A stretch of DNA of 63,499 nt, counting the filler, from Bigelowiella natans CCMP2755 (Eukaryota > Protista > Cercozoa): NCBI GenBank assembly GCA_000320545.1. It is 4 parts of 4 records of this genome, joined end to end, with 100 filler letters (N's around TTAATTAATTAA, not from the genome) between each part and the next. Parts side by side here need not be neighbours in the genome. Positions count along the whole stretch, not along the records: positions 1 to 28,477 come from ADNK01001119.1; 3 more parts are not named here. The stretch is one strand, 5' to 3'. Shown piece after piece: positions 1 to 12,895 of the stretch (positions are counted from its first letter, which is position 1; every line of letters starts with the position of its first letter). The notes beneath the pieces were generated by a model that did not search any database, was not told where the DNA came from, and saw only the letters and a list, made by a program, of their open reading frames with translations. Position numbers and translations under genes: made by a program.

Positions 1-32
1 AAAATATTTTCCAAATCCCCCCCCCCCCCCCC

Positions 33-83
<51 letters not shown>

Positions 84-129
84 TCCCTCACAGCATCACA
101 TCCTCTTTCATCATCCCCCCCCCCTTCAG

Positions 130-447
130 GTACGTCGAGGAGAGCTCTATCCAGAAGCAGCAGCAGATTCAGATCTCCAACCAGGATGCCATTCCGTGTG
201 TGATTATGGTCGGCAAACGGCGCGAAAGGCACTTCCTCGTCGTCCACCACACCTTGCTGCTCATCGTGCAGCATCATCCCACGCGTGCTGGCTATGCGCT
301 GGTTAAGTTGGTGGTTCCGCTTCGCATCCAGGAGGTCTATAAAATGGCGAGCGAGGCCTCACCGCCCAACCTAACCGTCATGATCCGTATGGGGGTATGT
401 CAGCTAATTATTCTCACGCATTGTATGAGCATCGTGTCGTGTCTCTC

Positions 448-498
<51 letters not shown>

Positions 499-926
499 CT
501 GTGTGTGTGTGTGTGTGTGTGTGTATTCGGTGTGTGCTCGGAGAGAAAAGAGATGCTAATACCATTCTGAATTGAAACAAGACAATATTTCCTTGTTTTC
601 GCCTTCGTCGAAGGAAAAGACGTACCAGAGCCATCAATATATATTATGTATATGTATATATATTGCTAGTGACATGATTCTGTGTTTTTCTTCAGCCAAA
701 ACCGCACCCCAGCGCACGAATGCAGGCGCTGGGCGTCTGGGTCCTATCGTTGCACTTCGATTCGATGGAAGATTGTGTGAATGCCAACCAGCACTTAAAG
801 TTGTCGAGGGAGAAGGCACGAGTGAAACTCATCAAGCAGCTTCTCATAAGCCTATCCAACGATATAGAAGGAGGCAACGACGAGAGCGATGAACACGACG
901 ATGACGATGACGACGATGATGTTTAA
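130..926 (+). CDS. CLEC16A: CLEC16A/GOP-1/Ema/TT9-family endosomal protein, last two exons (5' part outside window)
   Basis: Exon 130-394 (IQISNQDAIPCVIMVGKRRERHFLVVHHTLLLIVQHHPTRAGYALVKLVVPL), GT-AG intron 395-695, exon 696-926 (WVLSLHFDSMEDCVNANQHLKLSREKARVKLIKQLL plus acidic tail). Resembles the remembered CLEC16A C-terminal region. Confidence 0.7.
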
Positions 927-1679
927 AGATGAGACAGCAGTAGCTACGCAGCGAAGACGGCTAGACAGCTATCTAGCTTCATATGTTGGATTTCTCTTTC
1001 TCTGACAACTAAAGCAGCTCATGAATTGTGCAGAACTAGCTAGCTAGCATAGACAACATATGTTCATTGGTGCTAATTGTAGGCTAAAAGTTGCAAGTCT
1101 GAAGTGCTTTCTAGCTTTCTAGCTTTATTGATATTATTGCACTGATGATTGTAATCTGCTAGTGATGCTCTGTTGTGTCGATCATATCGTACTAGCTAGC
1201 TAGTAGCTAGATTATAGACAGACGCTACGACATCGTAGATGACTGTGACTCCTCTAGATTTATCCATTTATTTTAGTATCCTAGACTTTTACGTGAGAAT
1301 ATGTGCTGGCGTATTTTACATCGGCTACGCTAGTACGCTACACTGCGCCGATGTATAATAATAACGAATGCACTGAACTAGCTGAGGGCAAGTAGCGCGC
1401 TCTGCATGATCGTAAATCGTACATTATATATTTTTTCAGCGATAGCCCAGTAGTAGTCAAAATGTACATATATCATCTAGATATTTCTTCGCATCATAGC
1501 TAGATAGCATGACCCAAGTGATCCGAATCTTATAGCATGTAATAAAAGCAGAAGCAGGAAGGCATTAGGCATGAGCAGAGCTAGAGAGGCGCAGATTCAC
1601 GTAATAATACAAAACCCATGTCGCAATGCTATGCACTTTAGTAAAGCAAATAGTCGTCTTTGCTGTTTCACCACAAGCA

Positions 1680-3044
1680 TTATAGGAGCCAATCCTCTTC
1701 GTCTTCGATGTCCTTTGCATTGCAAAGCATGGCGAGTGTCGCCAATAGAGAGACGAACTGAAAAGAAAACGCAATAAGGAAGTAATAACAAGCAGAAGGA
1801 ACACCACCATGCACTCAAATTACGAATCCAGGTTTTTAAGGTAGATGGGGAGCGATGAGGAGATATTTATTCGACCACGACCACGACCACACACATACAC
1901 ACACACGCACACGCAAACACACAGACACACACAAAACATTTTTAGTTCATATATCTGGTAGCACACCTCTAATGAAGCAAAAACGATGGCAGCAATTGCG
2001 ACAGGGGTGAAGTACACCGACAGCCAATCTGAGAAACATTCAGCAGACTCTGTGTCAAGGACAAAGAAGGCACTTCGAAGCTCTACTTGTGGAATGCCAA
2101 CGATAGTAATGAATCGCACATGCCCCCTCCCCGCTTCTCTTCATTTCACACTTATTTATATGAAAAATAGGAAGCGACTATACCAAGGGTTGCTTGTTTG
2201 CATGTTGGAGGATCAACCCGACCGCATGGTGTGTCATATCCAGGAGCCCTCGAATCGTAGATGTTGTTCCATCCACAGCACTCAAAGAAATCTTGGTAGT
2301 CGATACGTTTCTGCCGGGCGTCTGGATTTGATAAACAAATGTCTATTATCGAAAAGGCGGGGAGCAGAGACAGAGGGGGAAGAGAGAAGTGTGTGACAAT
2401 CATTCTACCTGCGCCTTCCTCAAACCATTTATTCTCCACAAGTGTGTTTATGGCTTCTGAGGAGTCGTACTGGTACAGATAGATTCCGATGCAAAGCTGC
2501 AACTGTTGGAGATAAAAAAGTAGACTTGATTATGAGCCAAATGAGAAAGGAAAGAAGCGAACATCTCTTCTATAAACTGTTGAGATTTGCGTGCTAGTGA
2601 GACTGGGATAAAAATGTGGACGCACCAAGACAAGTGCGAAGATAACGAAAAGATAGACAGTAAGCATAATTCGTTGCTTTTTGAAGGCTCCAACTGCCCC
2701 AATGACACTGGTGATAGCGAGAGCAAATCCGAGCATCATCAACACGTAGGAGGTTTCAGTGATGGGGAGGTCCTGTAAAAGTTCCACATCACTCTCCAAT
2801 TGCTCAGCCTGGACGAGGAGGAAAATTCCGGCTGCTGCAATACCCAGACCACATGCCTACAGTAGTTTTCGTTTTTGAATCAGTTCATATGGTATCAATC
2901 AAGAATCTTGTTTTTCTAATTGAGTTTCCAAAGCATTGCGCATGCTTTCGAGTCTCATTCTTAATTTTTCTCTATGCAAAGCTTGACCGTAAAAATAATG
3001 TTGACGCCGATGAGGATATAGCGGCCTAGATCGTGAAGAGCCAT
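1680..3044 (-). CDS. Tetraspanin (multi-exon)
   Basis: MALHDLGRYILIGVNIIFT, then GLGIAAAGIFLL, GFALAITSVIGAVGAFKKQRIMLTVYLFVIFALVL, a large loop with FECCG plus further Cys, TM4 PVAIAAIVFASLE|FVSLLATLAMLC and stop TAA at 1680-1682. Confidence 0.9.
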
Positions 3045-3478
3045 GATCTCCCCAGCTGCAGTGTTTTCTCAGCAGGTCAACGAGAGGAGGATTTGCTCAG
3101 AGTTTCGAGGCAGAGCTGCTACCGATTTTAATGAAATTGTCTATAAATTTGATGTCGTCATTAGAAATTAAAAGATAATTCTAGCAATTAGCTGATTCTG
3201 AAAGCTCTCCGTTTCCGCATGGAATGAGGGAGAGAAGCGTTTTTATGAGGTGAGATTCTCTGTATTTCCAGATTTTCCGACAATCCTTTGGACGGTAGCC
3301 ATGCATGCCGTTATCCACCAAAAAGGGCTTCTTTGCAGCACAACTCTGTTCAAACGCAGGAGACAACCATCATTTTCCAACAAGCAGATATTTTCTAAGG
3401 TGTTTTCCCCCAAAGAAGAATCCAGCTATTTTTATCGCTGATGAAGGTGTGTGTGTGCGCGCGTGTGTATGTATGCGG

Positions 3479-3514
<36 letters not shown>

Positions 3515-3660
3515 TCATTCTTAAAATGCAGTAATAATCAATTATTGTGCATACATCAGAAAGCTCAAGATATAAAGTGTTCTCAGAATATTAAACCAGG
3601 AAAAAAAAGGTGGCTAGCGCGGGTGTATATTAGTGTTTGTTTTCGCATGCGTATTTGTTC

Positions 3661-3708
<48 letters not shown>

Positions 3709-3904
3709 GTGTGTGTGTGTGTGTTTGTGTGCGCACATGCATAGTGTTAACTTCACCGTCACATCACACACACGCTAAGCCCATACACGCGCTCTTAAGC
3801 TCTCTCACACACTAAGCACACACTCAAATGTACATACTGAATTCGCCAAGCACGCATACAAATACATACACCCACCAGGCAAACAAACAAACAAACACAC
3901 ACAC

Positions 3905-3960
<56 letters not shown>

Positions 3961-3973
3961 CATTCGAATTCAG

Positions 3974-5402
3974 GAACAACAAGACTGTAAAGTCATCAAA
4001 CACAGAAACACGTCGATGTTACGCTCACGTCGGAAGGTTCTGGTCAGAAAGCAAACACGACGAAGAAGATAAGAACGACGCCAAAGGCAAAAGAGAATGG
4101 AAGCTCCACACGTGTCACTTCTCTGACCACTCTGTAGATACTATTGTGAAGGATTACATCCAACGAGGAGTGCCATTGGTGATCCGCGGCTTAGGCCCGG
4201 CGCTATACGGTGATAAAATATTAGCGGCATTGGGGCATATAGGGCCTGATAGTTCCGAGGACTCCGAAGATTCTGATGATTCAGAAAAAAAAAAAAAAAT
4301 CAAGCAGAAAGACGAGTCGCCACCGCTCCCATCAACTCGCGATGTCTTGGAATACTTGAGCATGGTCGCAGGGACAAAGAGGGTGGGGATTTATTGCAAG
4401 AATAAGGCCAGTGAGCGTGAAGGGGGCGATGATTCGTGTGGAAAGAAGGATCCATTGGGCGGTGTTTGCTTTGCGAAACTTGAGGAGTATTGCAGGCATC
4501 TAATGGACAACCACATCGACAAAAAGGCTAACGGGCCGCAACCTTCAACCAATGAGAACGCTGGCAACACCGACGACGAGACAAATGTGTTTCAGGACAC
4601 GATCGGACATTATCTGTACGACGTGTCACTGAAGAAGCAGCTACCAATATTGCTAGATGACTTCAGGCTGCCACGCTACATTCAGAAGGACTTCTTGCAG
4701 CGCACAATGCGTAGGCACTATTTTGTTGAATCGTGGCCTACGCTATTTGTGGCTAGCCCGGACACAAAATCCACGCTGCACATCGATCAATGGCATGGCA
4801 GTTTTTGGATGGTGCAAGTGGCCGGGTCAAAGAGATGGACCATGTTCCATCCGGACGACTATTCAAATCTAGACCCCATTTACCACCCCGACAGCATCAA
4901 TCGGGCAAAAAAGGGAAACAACTCGGAGAAGGTGAAAGAAGAAGATGGGAATGGCGAGTCAGAAGCACAGGAGCCAATGCGTGCAGCCTTCCGCGATCTT
5001 CGAGAGATGGAGAAAGCAAATGTGGAGTCGGATGGAAAGGCACACCCTAGACTCTCAAGCGCACGAAGGGTAGAAGTCGTGCTCACACCTGGTGATCTTC
5101 TGTTTGTGCCTGGTGGCACACCACACTTTGTCGAGAATCTTGGCGTTACAGTGGCTTATGCTGGCAATTTTGTGGATGCAGGAAACTACAGGAAGGCGGT
5201 GCATTGTGATCTCTTCCACATGGCTAAACGCGGTGGGGTGTATGAGACAACCCATCGAGCTCTGTCTGAGGTCTGTTTCGAAGACGATGAAGATGAAAAT
5301 GGGACGGGGGAGGGCGTTCAAAATAAGAAGGAATCTAGTGCAGCCGATTACACAATAGATTATTTCGACGACTATTCGGGGCTTCAAGGGATGATGCCTT
5401 GA
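3974..5402 (+). CDS. JmjC-domain 2OG/Fe(II) oxygenase (JMJD4/JMJD6-like); long terminal exon, 5' exon(s) probably near 3305-3447
   Basis: PLVIRG, YLYDVSL, WPTLFVASPDTKSTLHID (HxD), GSKRWTMF, LTPGDLLFVPGGTPHFVENL (distal His), AGNFVD. The ORF start at 3828 runs through a (CA)n intron, so the true start is uncertain. Confidence 0.88.
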
Positions 5403-6310
5403 ACAACAGCGCGCTGTTCACATGCGATGCTTTAAAAGGACAACCATCGCATGTGATCTTTATTCCTCATTGCATCATTTTCTACCTCCTTCGACTTTAT
5501 TTCGTTGTGCATGTGCAGTGCACACTACCTAGACTACGCACGCAGGCGAGGCAGGAGAGAGCATGGGATCATCATCGATCATGTGTAAGCTTCTAAGCTT
5601 ATGATGATTGATAGCGCCAATAAACAAACAATTGCATTGCTGCGATGCGATAAACAAGTAGCGTGCGTACGTGCTGCTGCTTCGATTCTTTTCAGCAGCA
5701 GTCGCCGCGCAGCATGGTTGGCGCATTTGCATTATTAGAACATGACAATGGAATGCATGGTAATTTTCGAGTAGCAGAGCGAATGCTAACGCCCGCCGGC
5801 GGTCGTGCGCAGCCTACTAACGTAACGTGTAATATGTATGTGTGCGCCAATGATTGCTCACATTTATTATTCGCATGGATCAATAATCAACTACTGTGTA
5901 ATACAGTCCTCTAGTGTCTCATGCACATGCATGCTACCTAATAGCGCGCTAATATGTTGCCGCGCCTCAAGCTAATAATAAGTATGCACATGCGCTTCTG
6001 TTGTAGTCAGCGGGTGCTTCGATCAGTGGTTTGCATTCTGTCTGACAGTAGTTATATGCCCGCGCCCCAAATGAACGTGCGATGCAGCCGAGAAGGCGCA
6101 TCATCCTTTATTCAAAGAACAAGGAATTTTTCAACCTCAGCCAACACATATATGTGTGTGTGTGTGTGTGTATATATAGATATATATATTTAACATATTG
6201 GGTGATAATGTAAATTACTTGTGTATTGACGGCTGTATACGGAACACTATTATGTGTCTCTTATGCTTGAAATTTAATCTGATCCAATGCAACTTCATCG
6301 GCTACAACAC

Positions 6311-6348
<38 letters not shown>

Positions 6349-6467
6349 GTATGCATGCGTTGAAAAATATATAGAAGAGATACAGAATAACACAATATCG
6401 TGTTCACATTTATGCAGAAAAGAAAAAAATGTTTGGTGTAGTTATCGTTCGTGATGCAATGATTATA

Positions 6468-6498
<31 letters not shown>

Positions 6499-6684
6499 GG
6501 ATGCACTTGGTTCGTAGATTCCCTTTTTGTCGAACTTCTTGTCTCGAACACTAAAACCGGAGGATTATTGCTTCGATATTACCGGTAGAGGGAGGTATAC
6601 TAAGTTGTCTCAGGGGTAAAATTCCCTACATTTCTTGGAAGATAAGAAGCCGAGAACGTTCCACTAGATCTGGTTGGGGAGGGG

Positions 6685-7749
6685 ATGGGGATCACGTACG
6701 CTCACGGCTACGTGTCTCCTACCCAGCTTTACAACGAACTGAACAATGCTTTCGCGTGTGTTTTAACTCTAGACATTCGAGGTATATCTACGGAGGAATC
6801 TCATATAGATTTTTCAGTGCTTGTTGATATCCGAAATAGCGCCTCAAAAATAGCGGAACAGATTTCGAAAGCTGTGGATGATCAGAAGCTTATAGACGTT
6901 CACTTGGTGCTTGTATCGGATGGATTAAGAAAGTTGTATAAATTGCCTCATATTATAGATAAGGCAATTTACATCCACAACAAACAGGTAAGATCGAAGA
7001 GTGATTAGGACAATGATTGTAATGAACACAAGGAAGAATCGGATCCATCTCATCAGATATTCTTTTAGGCAGCTCAAAAGAGAAGGATCACAAAGAAAAG
7101 CATACTCATAGGAGGTTTCCAGTCTTTTTTGAACAAATGGCCGTTTATGTGCTCGAAAAATTCCAAATTCGAACATGGGCGAATTTACCCGAACTGTGTC
7201 TTTGAGAGTCAGGGCCAATATGGGAAGCCTCTACGTGTGTTCATCAGTGGTTACGGCATGGCATGTGATCCTGTAATATATGATCCTCTATGCATAAACT
7301 CCGTCGTCAATGTCACCCCTGAGGTTCCGTTCGTTGACCTGAAAGACGCAGATAAGGACAAGGCACTCCGCAAATTCCGAATTGCCATCATCGATGAGCC
7401 TGGACAAGGGGGGAAGCTGGTAGAGATGCTAGACGAAGCATTCGATTTCATCAATCAAGGGCTTCACCTTGATGTTAAAAAATTTAAAGGGCACCAGAAA
7501 ACTACTGTCGGTGATGAGACTCGTGGTAAGACAATGAGAGCAACAAAAAACGTGCCATTAGGCGTACTCGTCCATTGCAAACACGGTCAATCACGGAGTG
7601 TGGCCGTAGTAACAGCCTGGATGATGCATATGTGGAACATGAACTACCAGGAGGCTTCACAGGCCATAAAAACTGCACGACCAAAAGCACGGACAAAGTT
7701 CAAGGAACATGTCGAGGGATGGGTTTCTTCGAAACAACGCGTAAAGTAG
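6685..7749 (+). CDS. Dual-specificity phosphatase with N-terminal rhodanese-like domain (MKP-like architecture)
   Basis: Intron 6988-7068 (GTAAGA...TTTTAG) joins LTLDIR... to ILIGGFQSFLNKWPFMC (rhodanese C-terminal motif). Catalytic VLVHCKHGQSRS and general-acid IIDEP loop are present. Confidence 0.88.
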
Positions 7750-8465
7750 GCAGAGAACCAAGTTTGATGCTTGCATTGACATCATCCATTGCTAGATTGG
7801 TTGCCATGAACTTGCGCCAACATTCTTTTAGCGATGACAGCCGTTTTCATCGTCACCATGATTTTCCGTTTTTGTCCTCGAGTGAGTCAGTGTTATATAA
7901 TGATGGCAAGAAAATGAAAACTAGCTAGCTAGCTCACATTTCGCGTCACGTGTTGCCATCAGCCGCTACGACTGACCGCCTGTCATGCAAATGAGACAGC
8001 AGGCCACATGCGAAGCTAGAGATGCGCTGCATGGACGGAATCATTGATCATGCACTTTTGTGAAGGTTGAGCTCGCTGACAATGAGCAGTCTGCACCACG
8101 CTATGTACATGCTAGCATGCGCCGTTGAACCCCCCTGGTCATGAGCATGTAGACACGTGTGTCATCATGGCGATCACAACAATCATGATGATGCTCGCAT
8201 GCACTGGATGACTGCAATGAAACTCTGCTGCTGTTCGACTGGTCTAGTGGTGTGTCTAGCCATAGCGGTTGCGATGCGTGCAATGTATAAATGATGCATT
8301 TCGATCAGGAAAGTCATTGCCTACACATATGCCACACTTCACATGACTATTGGAAAGATTTAATCACTTCATTACATCCGTCTCACATCTTTGAAATGCG
8401 CGACTACTTTGCACACCGAAACAACATGCATTTGATTGCATGAAACGTAACACATCATGGCGCGG

Positions 8466-8578
8466 ACGCCAACAGATTCAACATTAGCGCTGTAGCGCTG
8501 CATTGCGCAGCTACATAAGGATGACCATTGAACAAATCTAATTGATTAACTATATCCGTCTTACATCTTTGAAATGAA
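8466..8578 (+). repeat. Dispersed intergenic repeat, copy A (partial direct duplicate at about 8350-8398)
   Basis: Shares 24 identical nt (GCCAACAGATTCAACATTAGCGCT) and a 57-nt block (49/57 identical) with 33854-33948. Confidence 0.85.
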
Positions 8579-8622
8579 TTTGACAGTGCATGCAATCTGG
8601 TTAATGGACATTTTGGCAACAC

Positions 8623-11221
8623 TCATTCCCTGTTGGTTCCAGTACGCTGTGCATCCTCAAACACTTTTGATATCTCTTCAATATTTCCTCGATCTACACT
8701 TTTGCTTTTGACAGCTTCGTCTAGCCCTACCTCGATTTTCTTGAGCATATTCACATCATAATTCGGATCCGCTCTTATCCCACGTTGTGCTTGAATCGGA
8801 GACGTGCCATTTCCGAGCAATGTGATGCAAACTCCATTCTGATGTACCCGATCCTGGTCTATTCGACCGCACCTTCCCATTCGATGAAGGTGGATATCCT
8901 GTTGATAGGGTACTTCGAAGTTGATGACTACACTAACATCTGGAAGATTGAAGCCTCTCGAGAGTACATCGGTGCACATACAAATTTTATGTTTTCCTTG
9001 TCTAAATTCCTGCACGACCTGATAATAGTCATTGGTGAGATGATGAGGTGAAATGGTGGACAAGTTTCCACACGATTTACATGGTGGGGACCCTTGACTC
9101 ACGGTGATCAAACATGAAGAAAAAGCTTTTCTGTGTACCTTGTCACGTTCATCACCCTTCAATCTTCCGTGCAGTACGAGCACTTTAGTGTCCTTCATTT
9201 CTTCACTTTTTTTCACAAACCGATCCAGCTCATTAAGTGAAGGATGACTGTTACAAAATACGATGCACTGTCCCAAATCTTTTGTTTCCTGTTTTTGTAA
9301 ATATTGGCAAGGCTCAGTCAGAATCTACGTATATAGCTCAACAACGTGTCGCTGTACAGACCCAAAAAAATAATATATAGTTCGTCACCAGGGAGTCAGT
9401 TCAAATTGAATGTCACATACAGTAACATACAATCCCGCTATTTCTTATATTTCAACATGAAAAATACACGTCATAGCTCTAAATCCTAATTCTTCTTTCG
9501 CTCCCCCCCCCCCCCCCCCTTGCTATGAACAATAATTATCTCCCACAATGGGAAGGGGGGGGGGGGGGGGGGGGTCATGCTTCATAACCCATGTTTTGAT
9601 GGTACTTACCGCTTGGATTCCGTAGAGGTCAACGAGAAATTGCATTTTATCTTTGAAGTCGTTACACTAATAATAAAGGAAGATCTCCCGTTATTCTAGA
9701 CGTATTCACGAGAACACAATTCATACGCGTCGTGGGTCTGTGATATACCTGAATACAAATGCTACAGATACAATATAATGGAACAGATTACCTTAATTTT
9801 GTATTTCTTGATATAATCTCCTGCTAGATCTTTGGTGGTAACAGTTCGCACACTGTCGAAATTTTTACCAATAATGGTTTTGAAGCCAGTGAGAACATCT
9901 TTGTCCTTTTTTTTCTGTGAACTGTCGTCTGGGATCGTCGCTGACACCAAGATAATCTGATTACCAGAGAATAAATTCAAATTTCGTACATTATCAGAAA
10001 TGTATTGTACCTTCGATTTAGGATTTTTCTTTTTTATGCTGTCTGTGATCTTCTTGATTTGACTAAACGTCCTTTTATTATTTTCGCTCTTAATCAAGAT
10101 CTGAAGATAAAATAATTTCATTCGTTTTTCTCGATTAACACTTCAAAAGGATTCTCTAATTATAATAATCTGGAAGACAAAGCAGGTTCAGTGAGTGCAA
10201 TTGTCTTGTAAATACGATTCAGAGCAATTAACGTCAGAGCAATGTTCAATATTCATTAGTCGCTTGTGTTTTTGTGTATGGGGAGAGTAATACCTTATCC
10301 GCTTCATCTACCACGATCAGATCGATATCCTAATCATCCGTAATGATGGCAAATAGTAAGATCTTCTTGAAAAGATCTAACCCATCCTCAATTTTTTTTC
10401 AGTTGTTACCTCCCTTTTGAATCTCCTTTCTTTAACCATGGTAAAGTTCACAGATCCAACAGTGCCGACTAATACGCCATGAAGGAACAGAGTCCCAAGG
10501 AATACAAGTAAAATAAAAATTGAAGATTACATATCTATACTGAAGAGGAACTCTGTCGTTAGCTATTTGGACATTCAAATTATATGGAATAAAATTTAAC
10601 ATTTGGGTTACATATTACCGATTATGTGTGGAGCCCCATCTTTCACCTCGTTCCTGATTTTTCCTACCTTTTCTTTAACGCAAACCCAGACACGTACATC
10701 ATCTCCAGCCAACCTGTAGTTTTGTTCATTAGAAGCGTGTTGCTAGTTACATTGTTGCCCAGTGTCCAAATAAGAAATTATGTTTGTAGATGAGGGTGGA
10801 GAGACGAGAGAGTTATAAGAAGACTGGGAGATGAAGATTAAATCACTCACTTCGATAGTTCCTCTGCAGTCTGTGTTGCCAACTCTCTAGTGTCACAAAA
10901 GATGACAGCCTGTAATCCTTTGTTAAGATCTAGCTTCCTCAAAACGGCGAAACCAAACATTCCCGTTTTCCCTGAACCCAATTCAGCTTGTGCCACGATA
11001 TTTTTCTCAGAATTAGCATCTTCATTGGAGACAATTTTCTTCAAGACTTGCACTTGAATCTCTGTAGGACCTGATGTCCATCCCAGAACTCTCTCGGCAT
11101 TAGTGATGTATTTTTGTGGAATGGCGTCCTTGACGTCTTCCCAAGAGAAACTTCGCACGCCTCCGGCATTTTTGCCTTCGGCTAAACTGAGATTTTCCAT
11201 TGTTGAGGGGAGCTCGGCCAT
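8623..11221 (-). CDS. DEAD-box RNA helicase, divergent (Dbp5/DDX19- or eIF4A-like)
   Basis: Spliced motifs: PTEIQ (Q), AELGSGKT (I), DTRELA (Ia), GTVG (Ib), LIVVDEAD (II, about 10295-10330), VSAT (III), IVFCN (IV), TDVLSRGFN (V), HRMGRCGR (VI). Confidence 0.9.
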
Positions 11222-11929
11222 GTTTTATGTCACAAAGCGGTCCTTGCAGAAACAGCCTAGTCCGTCGTCAACCCAATTCTCAAACACTCTTCTTTTATCA
11301 GATCAAGCTGTACAATTCCTCATTAGATAAAAACTTGAATTTTATCCTGCGTCAAATGTTACCACGTGTCGTTGTTTCATCAATCATTCGCATTGTGCAG
11401 AATGCAGATCTTGTCTGCAGTTTATTCTTTGTCTTCGAAAGTTGGGCCAGATTTGCCGGGGATTTAGATGGCTGTGCCATTGTATCGGGTAACTGCAGAA
11501 AATGTTTGAAATTCCTGGGGGAATTCGGGAGATTCGCAACAAATAACGGAGTTCTCTGTTTTGCAAGCTAGCGGTAGTTTCTCAGTTGTCGTAGGGACTT
11601 GTTAAATGCTGATTATTGAACATTCTCCTGAAGAACGAAGCTCACAATTACGCATATTCGTGGTTTAAATCCTTGTCGTAGGGCCGAAATCCCATTTGCT
11701 TTGGTAACGTCGTCGCATTTTGCAGAAAGGATCGTACAGAGAAGCAATGTCCTCCGCACCCAATGACTCCAAATCGTCTCAGCCAGGCACTTCATCCAGT
11801 TTGTTTGTATTATTGCACGAATGCGTGATTTTTCCCGCTGTTGGTCACGGGGGGTGGGTGGGGAGAGATTATCGTATCACATCATTTCTGCAGCTAGTAC
11901 CGATATACGCATTCTTCACAGAGGCCAAG

Positions 11930-12848
11930 ATGGAGGAGCTCAAGTTGAGCTCGGGCTATACGATGCCGATTCTAGGGCTCGGCACCTGGAAGTCTAAGGT
12001 TGAGAACATATGATCATGTCAGGAATTCCTTTAGAAAAATAACACACATCATGGGGAGATTCCCTTCCCACGAATGTTGTCGTTAACATCATCATGGACG
12101 TGCGTTCGTCTGGTTTTGCTGCGTTACCTTACCGATAATAGCCCGGGAAAGTTGAGCAGGCTGTCAAGTACGCAATATCAGAGTGTGGATATCGTCACAT
12201 CGACTGCGGTAGGGGGAACACACCATTACGAAGGACTTAAACCAACGAACTCACCGACATGAACATTCCAACCTTCCAGGACCAAAGAGAGAGGGGGGGG
12301 GGGGGGGGGTTCTTCTCTAAGCATCTCTCTTATTTCCCACCACTATAGCTGCCATCTATGGGAACGAGGTTGAGGTGGGCAATGCCCTGAAGGACTGCAT
12401 GGAGAATAAAGGTGACTCTTTCTCCCGTTTTCTAGTGAGGCTCAATATATAGCAAGAAAAGTGGGATGGAGAAAGGCAGAAGACTGCGTTATCAATACAC
12501 ACAATGAACATATTAATAATGATCTGCATATAGGGATAAAACGAGAGGAGCTGTTTATTACCAGCAAGGTGTGGAACCTGTATCACGCAAAAGAGGAAGT
12601 CCTTCCGGCCTGCAAGAAGACTCTGAAGGACCTGGTCAATGTCACTCTAATCTCGTGGCGTATGGGATCTGTCATACTAGCACGAACAATGATTTTTACG
12701 CTGTTGTTGTTTGCGAAAGAATGGGCTTGGTAATGAGTTAGCTTCGTAATTGGTCAGGGCCTCACTTACTTGGATCTCTATTTGATTCATTGGCCAATGG
12801 GGTTGGTGGTTGCGAATGATGTATATAATAGTGCACATGAAGATATAA

Positions 12849-12895
<47 letters not shown>

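Noticed and set aside
404-637. Many ORFs with HTHT/ERER/YIYI/CVCV/poly-P runs
   Set aside because: Translations of intronic microsatellites.
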